Of a DNA stretch of 64,000 nucleotides, positions 39,701 through 50,990 are shown piece by piece. A model generated the notes under the pieces. That model was given only the letters and a program-made list of their open reading frames with translations. It was not told where the DNA came from and ran no database searches. The DNA is from Trichoplax adhaerens (Eukaryota > Animalia > Placozoa), in contig NW_002060950.1 of the NCBI RefSeq assembly GCF_000150275.1, forward strand, positions 2,840,106-2,904,105. Direction: 5' to 3'. Made by a program: the position numbers and the translations under genes. Each line of letters opens with the position of its first letter. Position 1 is the first letter of the stretch.

Positions 39701-42597
39701 CTAGTTATCATGACTAAATATAGAAACTCATTATAAATTATTAGATGGAGTTATATGATAATCCGTTCAGATTTAGATAAATTACTTTCAAATATTCATC
39801 ATAATTACTGATTAAGTTATAAATGATATTTAATGATATAAACGATGGATTATAATTCCTCGAAACTTAATGAAAATGCATTTAATGAGAGATTTTAACT
39901 TAGTATGATTACTTCACATATACCTTATAACCTATCATTACATGTGATCTCTATAAAGAATAATTGTAATATGAATACAATTTATCGATATTTTGAAAGG
40001 GTAGGACTTTAAATAATCTATAATTATAATGCAATGATCAAACTTTTGTTTTATGTCTAGTTGATTTCTTGAATACATTTTATCAACTACGCCTTAAGAT
40101 TTAGTAACTTTCTTTGGCTCTTTTTAATTGGACTTGTATATTCATAGTCTAATAACAAAACTAAAAAAATAGGGCATAAAGTTACTTATATCACGTTATC
40201 ATTAATGATACTAAATATACACCGTATTGCAGACGTAATCAGCCTTGACTCTTAAAAGAATTAATTAAATCGAATACTATATATGTAATCAACTGGACGA
40301 AAATTAACTAAATACTATTAATTCTTATGATCGAAGTTAGTATTAATACTGAAGGCCTCGATTAATGAAGTAAATATCAAAAGCAGTCTAACGAATGAAA
40401 TGATTGGTGATTATGTTATTATAATTATCGAAATAATTGTAATTGAATTTTAGGTATTAATCTTTTCGTGATAGTTTCCTGTAAGGCTGTAACAGTAAGA
40501 TTAGTACAATAGGGTTATGCCTTCTTTGGCGTCTTATATCCTCAACTAAATGATATTTGAGTAATAGTCTCATATTGTGATATGATTCTATATCTATCAG
40601 TAGTACCGCTACGTAGTGCAAACAATATTAGAATAACATGCACCTGTTTCAACATAGTCTGGCTCTGTGGATATTGTAATAATACAATTACTGCTATTGT
40701 TACTATATTTCAAGTCAATGCAAGACTGTCATAATTGCTGATTAGCTAATAATAACGACTAGTTATTTTATTGACATTTTTATATTCCTGTCAAGTATAA
40801 AGATATAACTAACTTACTGTACTTGTGGTCAAGACATAAATAGAAGCCACATTTACATGTTATTGTAGTGGAAAAAGTTAAATCCAGATGAAACAATAAC
40901 AAATAGGTATTGCTTTTAGTATCCGTTGAGTTGATATTTGTTTTTACTATGATTACATCTGAACCTATTGTCTAATTTCCTTCACCTGTTCTTGTTGTCC
41001 TGGTATTTAAGAATTAGCTCAACATTTTGGTTTACAATTAATGGGTCTTCCATCAATGATCTAACTAAAAATAACACATCTGATAATTGATTTACATTTT
41101 GTAGATTGTAATTTTTTAGCTCAGATTTATAGCAGATTTTAGCAGGAACTGAAGTGCAAAGTGATTAAATATTAGTGCTATTGACTTAACATCATCATCG
41201 TTACAGCCTGTCGTTATCATTGTATAGCTTCAACGTAATTTAAACTGCTTTTGGCTCAGGGTGGGGTGATTTTACACATAAGTAGTATAGCAGCATTTGC
41301 GCTACTGCAAGGTTGCTGACACGTATATAGATGCTATAAATTCATATAGTATATCATTTTTAGCTGAAATCCAATCTATGTTTTATAACAGCTAATATTG
41401 TTAATTCTTTAACTGATTTAAAATTTTTAAATTTTAAAAAGAAATTATTCCTGTAGAGAAATATTTAAAACTTATTATTACCTTTAGGTTAAACATCCTA
41501 AAAGTGATGAACAGTTGGCTCGATTAAATAGTGCAATTACCAAAACCTTCGTTTTCAAAGCATTAAATGATGAACAACGTGAATTAGTTATTGACTCAAT
41601 GTACGAGAAGTGTGTGGCTAAAGGTAAGAAATATTAAATATCAAAATCGGGATAATTGATGGCATGCATAGCTGAGCATCATACCGTCTTTATGAATAAT
41701 TATAACAACCGCTTGTATATAGAATAAATGACCGGAAATTAGCATAATGTTATAATGTTACTCCATAATTTTATATCGTTATGTAAATAGGTTATGACGA
41801 TAGTATCAGCTTTCTGTACTCATTCTTACTGTGGGAATTTTTGATACAGTGCACAAAGCTTTATCTAAAGTATATGAAACGATTTATTATCATTAGGAAA
41901 TGACGTTATTCGTCAAGGCGATGATGGCGATAATTTCTATATTGTTGATGCCGGCATTTTTGAAGCCATTGTTAAACGAGACGGCAAAAGTGAAGTTGTC
42001 TTCAAATACGATAATTCTGGTAGCTTTGGCGAGCTAGCATTGATGTACAATACCCCCCGATCGGCCACAGTGCGTGCTTCTACGGACGGTGTACTATGGA
42101 CTTTGAGTGGTGAAATGTTCCGACAAATTGTCTTAAAAGCTGCTCGAAAGAAGAGGGAAGAATTCCGTAAATTGTTACAATCTGTAACCATATTGAAAGA
42201 ACTGAGTACATACGAATTGGAAAATGTTGCGGATGCGTTAATTTTAAAAAAGTATAAGAATGGTGAATGTATCTTTAAGGAAGGTGATCAAGCGTACGAA
42301 TTATACTTTGTATTAGCAGGTGCGGTCGAAATCCGAATGCTTGATAAATCAAACAGACAAAGTGGCCAACAAGTAAAAATAACAGAGTGTCCAGTTGGCA
42401 GTTACTTCGGCGAACTTGCGTGGCTAAAAAAGGATCCTAGGGCAGCATCGGCCTATGCTCTTGGTAATGTAACTTTAGCTGAATTGGACGTTTACGCATT
42501 TGAACGTTTACTCGGCCCTTGTCGCGAAATTATGGAAAGAAATGCCAAGGCATACGAAAAACCATTAATTGAGAAATTTGGCTCGTTGGCAATGTAA
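36766..42597 (+). CDS. PRKAR2: cAMP-dependent protein kinase regulatory subunit, type II-like (3 coding exons found)
   Basis: Exon 36766-36921 has the RII-type inhibitor site RRLSISAE. Exon 41488-41623 reads VKHPKSDEQLARL..FKALNDEQRELVIDSMYEK. Exon 41897-42597 has VIRQGDDGDNFY and two phosphate-binding cassettes, FGELALMYNTPRSATV and FGELAWLKKDPRAASA, ending AFERLLGPC. Confidence 0.92.
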
Positions 42598-45500
42598 AAT
42601 TAAGACTTCAGGACCAATTATATTATCATAATGTTGCAGCTAGTGATGCTGTTAGGGTAGGCAACCATTCCAGCTGTTTCAAATCGACCGTAGTTAGTTT
42701 TATCTACCATAAGAAAGCGATTTTGACACCGACAACATCGACGAAAAATTTAATTTCGACAAGACTATTGGCAATTTCTCGTAAAAAATGTGTATTTGTA
42801 TGTAATATCTTTGTCCTTACATGTAGTATAATTATTTTAGAAATTATCCAACGTGTGGCAATCGATTGCTGAAATTATAAAATTTCGTAGCAAATTTACA
42901 TTACTTTAGAAAATATATCAAGGACATGAATTGTGCTATTATAAAGTGCATTTACGATATCAGTTGATGATCGTTGGTTTGAGGTATTAATGAGCAATTT
43001 AAGGTTTACATACTTTGATGTTGGCCAGCTAATTATTAATGATATTTTTAGTTAGTGACTGTTGATAAAGTATTACGAGTTAAATTTACTTACCAATTGC
43101 TAAATGTCAAGTATTATATTTAATGTTTTGACTGATAAATGATACCATTAACTGCAGTATTTACATGTTAGTATCTTACTGTATACGTGTATTATTTACC
43201 AAGCAAGATGGTACAACGTGATCTAGGCACAAGACTTGGTATTATATTACACCATCATCTTGGAGCTACTTACAGTCTAGACAATGTGATGATACGCTGT
43301 AGTATCTAACGATAACGTTTGTAACTGTAAGCCGTTGATGACAAAGATATTTTCTGGCTATTTTGTCGAGGAATGTATCTGGTTTGTGTATCATGTTTGC
43401 TGTAGTTAGTGAATGTAGCCGCTATAGTATGAGCTGGTATGAATGATTTGTTCCGGATATACAGTAGTCAGTAGTTTACGAGACAAGTTGCTATACAATC
43501 ATACCAGTATTTGTTAAGTACTAATAAAATGTAATCGAGCAAAATTGTATTGGGATATGACGGTAACATTTTCTTACTTGACCTGCTATGATGGAGTGAT
43601 ATATGTGGACTACTAAAACACCAAGGACGTGACAATCTCTACGGTGAAATACCATACTGTATGAGTCCAAACTTGATACTGTACGGCGTATTATAGACTT
43701 ATTGCATAAATTAACATACAAATTGCTTCATTTTGGAATCATGCGGTAATTATGATTTCACTTTTTAGCGTTCAAATCATGAGTGAATACTGCTAATTCT
43801 AAAGCATATGAAATGCGAGTTATTAATTTAATTTCTAATTAGATTATAGCGGTAAAATGTTAAAAAGCGCTGTACATCTATTCATTGCAAAAATGAATAA
43901 TAGGTTAGAAGCGTCGAACGGTATTTTTGATGGATCTTAGTCATTGGGCTGCTTTTCGTCCGACTGTCATACTAAATGCTGAGCACGCTACTAGATTTAA
44001 AGAACATAGCAATGGCACCGTTGTGAGATTCAGCATTTTGCGTACATAACGTTATGAAACTCCGTATGTTGATGTGCCCTCGATTCCCCAATCAATATGA
44101 GCATTCAGGACTGATAGAGGTACTGTAGGAGAAAAAGCCTCACTTATACGTATATTTTCATGCATATACTCTGCCGCAGGAAGCATATATAGTAAGATAA
44201 TCTACCTGTAAATTTTCTTTTAACGTACTGCTTTGTGCTGAATACGACAATTTCATTTGAACGGGAAATTAAGTAATGTATATAATTGGTCTAAAACTAA
44301 ATGCAGCGGTTCTAACCCTATTACTGTACCGATAATTTCCCAACCCGCCCATTAATCCTATTGATAATTCCCCTACCCTAAAAATTATTAAAATAATTTT
44401 TTCAACAATTTTAACAAAAAATAGCTTTAACATGAATGAACTCGAAAATTAAGGTAGTACAGAGGTATAGGCTAGATGAGCATAAGCCTGCAGTGTAACT
44501 GACTGACTGTCCTGCAACAAAATCGAATTTGACAAAGGCATATAAGCATATTTTAACTCCTTAGTATGAAATTACTGTTCCATATTAGTTTCTAAAATTT
44601 ACCGATAAAGATTAAAAATGAAAATAGTGACTAGTTGATCACAAGAGTTGACCATAGATTTTACGAGTGGCTAAGGAATGCATTTAATTGTGAATCTGTC
44701 TCAAATTGCGGTTATGCTTGCTCATTATGGCTAGTGAAAACATATTTAATCTGTGATAATCATAGACTCTAATAATTAATAACTATAATGCGCGTAGTAG
44801 TAAAGTATAATATTAAATTTAAGAAAAATCAACCGGCGACTAAGTGATCCGATACTTGTCTATCGGGTAATTAATGAAAAGGGAAACTTAATAATAATTC
44901 AAGTAAACAGTTCGCATAAATCATTGTTTTTATCAAAAGACGAATGGATTGAGAAGTAAGTTCTGGAAGATAACTTGCCTGTGCAACGGTAGCGATCTGA
45001 GCTTACACTAAATGTTGTGGCTACGTAAATAATGACCACTTGCAAGAATAAATTAGTAATTCTAAGGTTTAAAGTTAAAAATTACTTTTGATCAGATTTT
45101 AACGGTAAGAGTATAACCATGTTATTTCTTGCAATTTTTCTTTAGTTCGATAAATAAAATAAAAAAGACTACCATCAAGTGTATTATTGAGATTCACTTT
45201 ATCGGTTTTGCTTAATAATTGCCAATCTGCTTGATAGCGAATGACCAATTTTTTTATTTTTCGTTACGAGCCATAGACATTAAAGATACATAATAGTTTA
45301 TTGTGCAAAAACTAATCAATGCAGCAATCAAAAGGTGTAGCATTCACTGCTGTATATGAATAGTATAAGTAACAGTGTGAAATATTTGTGATTACTAGCT
45401 ACTTTTTTTATCTAATAAATGATAATTAAAACAACAGCTTTGGTTGAAACTTTCAATTTATCGTAAGCTTGAGTCTAAAGTAAAGGCTGTAATTATTATT

Positions 45501-45683
45501 ATAATTATAAGGAAGCGTTAGTATAAGCTGTAAAATAGTTCATTTGTTAGGCTAATTCATTTCTCTCGATTGATTAGCTATGATAACGCGTTCTGGTTGT
45601 AATAACTTTTTGCTTGAAATAATCTATGAGTTAGGTACCGGTATCTAGTCCAAAATAGCTAAGCTGCATCATCATCGAACTTA

Positions 45684-46301
45684 TCAAGCACTTCTAATCC
45701 AATCATTAGATTTTGCCTCATATGCATCGTCCCAATCGAAAGAGGTCTTTTGCTGTTGCATAGAAGTACTGATCCAATTACTCGATTTTGCTTCATACGC
45801 ATCGTCCCAATCGAAAGAGTTCTTTTGCTGTTGCAGTGAAGTGCCTGCCCAATCATTCGATTTTGCTTGATAGGCATCGTCCCAATTGAAAGAAGTCTTT
45901 TGCTGTTGTGAAACAGGCCCTACGAAAGCGTTCGATTTTCCTTGATAGGCATCATCCCAATCGAAAGAAGTCTTTTGCTGTTGTGAAGCAGGCCCTACTA
46001 AAGCGTTCGATTTTCCTTGATAGGCATCATCCCAATCGAAAGAAGTCTTTTGCTGTTGTGAAGCAGGCCCTACTAAAGCGTTCGATTTTCCTTGATAGGC
46101 ATCATCCCAATCGAAAGAAGTCTTTTGCTGTTGTGAAGCAGGCCCTACTAAAGCGTTCGATTTTCCTTGATAGGCATCATCCCAATCGAAAGAAGTCTTT
46201 TGCTGTTGAACAAAATTACCTAATGCAGCATGTGAAAGGTGTCTAGCAAAGCCGGTTGAAATTATGTAAGCGTACCATATAATCATTACCTTGCCCCACA
46301 T
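45684..46301 (-). CDS. Secreted repetitive peptide precursor (205 aa), predicted to release TSFDWDDAYQ-amide and variants
   Basis: ATG at 46301 lies just downstream of a splice acceptor (TTCAG|, exon start 46336). Signal-like MWGKVMIIWYAYIISTGFA is followed by seven 25-aa repeats QQQK-[TN]SF[DN]WDDAY[QE]-[GA]K, four of which have the amidation signal G-K. Confidence 0.85.
   Translation of the reverse strand: MWGKVMIIWYAYIISTGFARHLSHAALGNFVQQQKTSFDWDDAYQGKSNALVGPASQQQKTSFDWDDAYQGKSNALVGPASQQQKTSFDWDDAYQGKSNALVGPASQQQKTSFDWDDAYQGKSNAFVGPVSQQQKTSFNWDDAYQAKSNDWAGTSLQQQKNSFDWDDAYEAKSSNWISTSMQQQKTSFDWDDAYEAKSNDWIRSA
45690..46210. repeat. 75-bp coding tandem repeat, 7 units
   Basis: CATCATCCCAATCGAAAGAAGTCTTTTGCTGTTG recurs every 75 bp. 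Four units are near-identical and three are diverged. Confidence 0.95.
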
Positions 46302-47726
46302 ATTTGCTAAAAATGCTGATTTACTCCAATTCAAACCTGAAGTTATAAAGAATCGCTGTTATGAGTGTGGGTTTAAGCTAGCTAATCAAGTCAATCAATA
46401 AGTTTGTCTTATATATGCTTATTTTATGTGGTAGTTAAATTAAAATTATACCAACGATTACCGATTACGTCTTTTATTCATATTGATATAATATGGTCTT
46501 GTTAATAGAATTAAGTAATTGCAAAGTTCAATCTTAATGACAATTAGAATAGAATATAACCTGTTCACAAGTTGTAGTATACTCAAATACGAGGATAATG
46601 TAGATGATGCGTTTAGCTGAATAAATGGACGTTTTTAGCAGGCTTCATTTAGTGCTGCTATTTCTATGATCTTAATCTACATTGTTTACCGTCCAAAATT
46701 AGAATTTTAGATGTTAATCAAAATACTATTTGTAGCATTGAATAAGCATTCTTACAATAACTAAATATCTAATTATGTATTGCTCATCCAATAATTAAGT
46801 TAGCTAATTGCTAGTTACTTATGTAAGATATTAGTCAATATTACAGAATCTCGGTATTTTAGTAACATAATAGAAATATAACATGCTTCCATCTGGTTAA
46901 CATTGATATTAAATCTAAATCTAAATATAGCTGATTAGCTTAATTTTAAATCTTCTTTAAACAAAGATATTCTAGTTAATTGTGAATTTTAAATATTTAT
47001 TAATGCTTCAAATATTACGTCTATTCCTAAATGTCCAGTTATATATATTATATAGGATTTTCATTCAATTTTAATTTAGATATTCACTCCGGAGATAATT
47101 TCATTATTGAGTTACGAATTGAGTCGTTTTGATTTTTGTACTATGGAGAATTTTAGTACAAGTTAAATTCATAAACAAATTTAATCGCATAAACATCTGC
47201 TCTCGAAGATAACCGCTACAAATCAGTTAACGCTTGGTATTTGAAGTACTACATATGCTTCCAATAATTTTTCAGCATGTAACTACACTATTCTTAGTAA
47301 TCATGTAAAATTTAGTTTTAGTTGGGCAACCCAGCTGTAAATTGAGTCGCTACTTCAGTTTTTCCTCAGCAATACGTTATAAAATTTTGATACTAATCAA
47401 CGCCAGTTGCCATAATGATATATGATATATGTATATTGATAGCGATATCTTTGTGCGGTTAAATTTGTTAATTATTATATTGCACCTTTCTAGGGCTGTA
47501 ACTGTGGACTAGGAATAAAGTTATGAGTAGCTCTATGACCTCATGTTTCATTCTCGATCCATAAGTATAAAACATGACTTCCTAGTAGATCTAAACACTG
47601 AATCAGACCTAAATTGTCCATACCTATAAGCTTAATGAAATTATGGTCAAATCTTCTTTAAAATCTGATTGATCATTTCGTAACTAGATTAATCAATGCG
47701 TAGGATTACCGTGTCCTCTTATAAAG

Positions 47727-48010
47727 ATGAAAATTAATATTAGCTTGCTTACTTGCTTGTTACAAATAAGGAAGCTGATCAAGGATTTACTGATGTGTCC
47801 AAGTACTCATGCCTTGATTATAATTTTTAAGCTACCCTGTAACGATGAAAATTGAAATTACTGTACCTTGCAAATTATAAATAGGAGCAGTAGATCAATA
47901 TTTTAATAATTCTTCGCATTACTAATAACTTGATTACTATGCCACTTAGCAAACATGAAAATTGAAATTCGCTTGTTTACTGTAAATAAGAGAAAACGGA
48001 TTAACATTGC
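47727..48010. repeat. Degenerate tandem triplication, period about 110-118 bp, between the two precursor genes
   Basis: ATGAAAATT(G)AA(T/A)TT..CTTG..AAATA(A/G)GA starts at 47727, 47845 and 47955. Confidence 0.55.
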
Positions 48011-48973
48011 GGTATCTTTTCGTATCAATCTTTTATCTTGTCAGCTACGAGTGAGATGATGTTTTCATGATATCATCCAAATTTTATTCCTTCTAGTCAT
48101 TATTACCGTAAGTATTAAATTTCAAATGCTATTCCACTAAGTATAAGCGAGAGACTTTGATATCAGCATATAAATCTTAAATATTACTAATTTAGAAACT
48201 ATAAAGGGGTAAAGATATCACAAACCCTGTAACAAGTAGAAACTTAGACCAGGAGCAGCAAAAATTATTAATGCCTGTTACCAAGATGTATTGTTACTGA
48301 GCTTCATAATGATATAAATTTAATACTCCCTGGCTATTTAGCTCCTCAGGAATTCTAGTAATAGATAAATAGATGGATCTATTGATGGTTATAATAGACC
48401 AAATTTATAATACCACGCGTTTATTTCTTAGCCATTATACATCTCCAATTCACTATGATGAAGAATATGAAGACACTGCAGTTAATTGATAGAAAGCATC
48501 ACTGACTATCCGTGTCTGATCTTCAAAATTAATTATCCTAAACTCTATCATAGCATTATTTGTTACTATTTGCTTACTTAAGAATTAGTATCAGTGAGTT
48601 TGAAGTAGATTAAATGTTTAATTCTTGAATTTATTCATAAGCGGTCTCATATCTCTAATTAAATAGAGCGAATGATATAATTAATACTAAGGTACCGTAT
48701 GGAAGACTTTTTTAACGGAAAGTAATCGAAATTTTATATCTACATCCAAGATTTAGTGTGACTGAGCTCGATATAGCGCAGATCTATTACCTGCATCTTT
48801 AAGATTAGGCATCAAAAGATTTCATGATAAATCAGTTTATAACGTCCTGAAATGCTGTTTCACTGCCAGATATCTTCAATTTAATACTGTATCTGCATAT
48901 TTAGAGATTATTATCAAAAATTTCTCACAAACTATATAGATACAAGATTAGGGATTTATTCAGGAGATGCATC

Positions 48974-49011
48974 ATGGACTACTAGATATACCTGTACATC
49001 TAGTAGTCCAT
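48974..49011. repeat. Short inverted repeat (14-bp perfect stem)
   Basis: ATGGACTACTAGAT-N10-ATCTAGTAGTCCAT; related to the hairpin at 60835-60870. Confidence 0.8.
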
Positions 49012-50471
49012 AGCTGCAGCTCACATATAATTCAGAGATATGAGCATGGGTAGTTACTGTTACTAGAAGAAGAAAATAATACCTAAACGTATTTCAATAC
49101 ACAGTTACCACGGCATCATTTACAACGCTCTACCGTGGTATAATCATGCAACATATTAATCTTGGTATTAAAATGTAGATACACTTTATTTAATGCTATA
49201 GTTTGTTAAGCACCGTTGTCATAATTTTAAATTATGAGGATCAAAGAGCTACTAAATTACACAATATCTAAGTCCCAAATTTACCCAATATGGTACATAT
49301 CAGGAGATAGGCTAAACTATGGACCCTGTGGATGAAGATTTTGATATAATTACGGTACTTGTTCAGACTATTGCTCAGTAGTTATTGTCTAATCTTTTAA
49401 ATATGTTGATAATGCAGATATACTCACTACTAATTCCATGCAAAACTATGAGTTTTCAAATACGATCATAGAATTACTTATTATACAAAATTTAGCTAAC
49501 TCTGTGTTACTTTAAATAGAAATTTGCCAGAGGATTTTCATCTAGAGTTAAGCTAAACGTTGGTCATCTATGCTTTTTGCCTGTAGCTCATGTATAAGAA
49601 AAATAGAGCTACTAATTATTGTATTGAACTATGAGTCCATAGAAATAGTGAAGCAACTGTTATATACTATTATTAAAATGTAGTCTGTGTATAAAAAAGG
49701 TGCTAATAATTACTGTCTAGAATTATAAATCTATTGAAAATGTAGAAAGTATAAGATATTACGAAATTGCTCTTCATGGTTAAGGAAAATGGGTACTGCT
49801 CTAATTATTATCTTGAACTGTAAATCTATGGATAATAAGTAGAAAATGTTCAATATTATTAAAGTTATAGCGTCTAGACATGCATATAGTTCATCATTTC
49901 CTAGGCGAAATCTTAATATCTTCAGCATTTCAATATTAACTTTCTTCCACAAATAAAAATTATCAATCTTTGTTGTGTTCACAAGCTACATATTTATTGA
50001 TGATTAATGGTAGGTTTAAACGCCACTGATATAACATACGATATGTACGCTAGTTTAAAGATCGCAAAGCATAATATCATACTAATAGCTTTTGCTAGAT
50101 GTTTATCATCTCTAGCGAATGCTTACGCAAATATTAGTCGTTAAACATCACGTAGAGGAAATACAATATGGCTATTAGTATAATTTAATACAGCTACTTC
50201 ATAGAGTTATGATCGACTAGCATAAAGAAAGGAAATATAGGTTATGTGCTATCATCATCTTTAACAACCACTAATACTTAAGGCTACTAAACGTATGTGG
50301 CTTAAGAAGAGCCCCAGAGTCTAAATAACACGATGGAAATCAAATACTATTGAAATTATTTTGGGAATAGTGTCAGGATTAGTTAGTCTAGTTAGTTGTC
50401 CATCATGTTTCTGATATAAGTGAGCCAGAATTGAATCTAGCATAAGGGCCTATTGCTATATTATGTTTTAA

Positions 50472-50990
50472 TTACCCAGAATAACTTTGAAGCAATTTAG
50501 CTAGGGGAGCATAGCGTTGTGGATCTGTACGCATTAAAAACGTCAAAATCTGGATGATTTTATCACAACCACAGTTTGATTGGAGCAATGGGGTACCAGG
50601 TCCTCTTGATTCAAGCAATGGTGTGCCAGGTCCTCTTGATTCAAGTAATGGGGTACCAGGTCCTCTTGATTCAAGTAATGGGGTACCAGGTCCTCTGGAT
50701 TCAAGCAATGGTGTACCAGGTCCTCTGGATTCAAGCAATGGTGTACCAGGTCCTCTAGATTCAAGCAATGGTGTGCCGGGTCCTCTAGATTCAAGTAATG
50801 GGGTACCAGGTCCTCTGGATTCAAGTAATGGAGTACCAGGTCCTCTGGATTCAAGTAATGGTGTACCAGGTCCTCTGGATTCAAGCAATGGCGTGCCAGG
50901 TCCTCTCGATTCTAGAGCAAGGGGAACTGCAAATGCAAGGTCGTGGGAAACGAGCAAAGTAACCATCAACATACACAAGAGCTTGGCCAT
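50472..50990 (-). CDS. Secreted repetitive protein / putative peptide precursor (172 aa): signal peptide, 10 x GPGTPLLESR, GPGTPLLQSN and a unique C-terminal tail
   Basis: ATG in an AAAATGG context; signal-like MAKLLCMLMVTLLVSHDLAFA. The 30-bp repeat units differ only at synonymous positions. The tail is CGCDKIIQILTFLMRTDPQRYAPLAKLLQSYSG*. A TATA-like TATTTAAGG lies about 140 bp upstream on the minus strand. Confidence 0.85.
   Translation of the reverse strand: MAKLLCMLMVTLLVSHDLAFAVPLALESRGPGTPLLESRGPGTPLLESRGPGTPLLESRGPGTPLLESRGPGTPLLESRGPGTPLLESRGPGTPLLESRGPGTPLLESRGPGTPLLESRGPGTPLLESRGPGTPLLQSNCGCDKIIQILTFLMRTDPQRYAPLAKLLQSYSG
50583..50913. repeat. 30-bp coding minisatellite, 11 units
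   Basis: TCAAG(C/T)AATGGNGT(A/G)CC(A/G)GGTCCTCTNGAT in tandem. Confidence 0.97.

Noticed and set aside
45659-46246. Alternative-frame ORFs over the 75-bp repeat (45908-46246 +, 45659-45877 -)
   Set aside because: By-products of a stop-poor tandem repeat, with non-ATG or internal starts and no signal peptide.
45690-50913. Regular repeats that might resemble CRISPR arrays
   Set aside because: Eukaryotic context, no unique spacers and no cas genes; both arrays are in-frame coding repeats.
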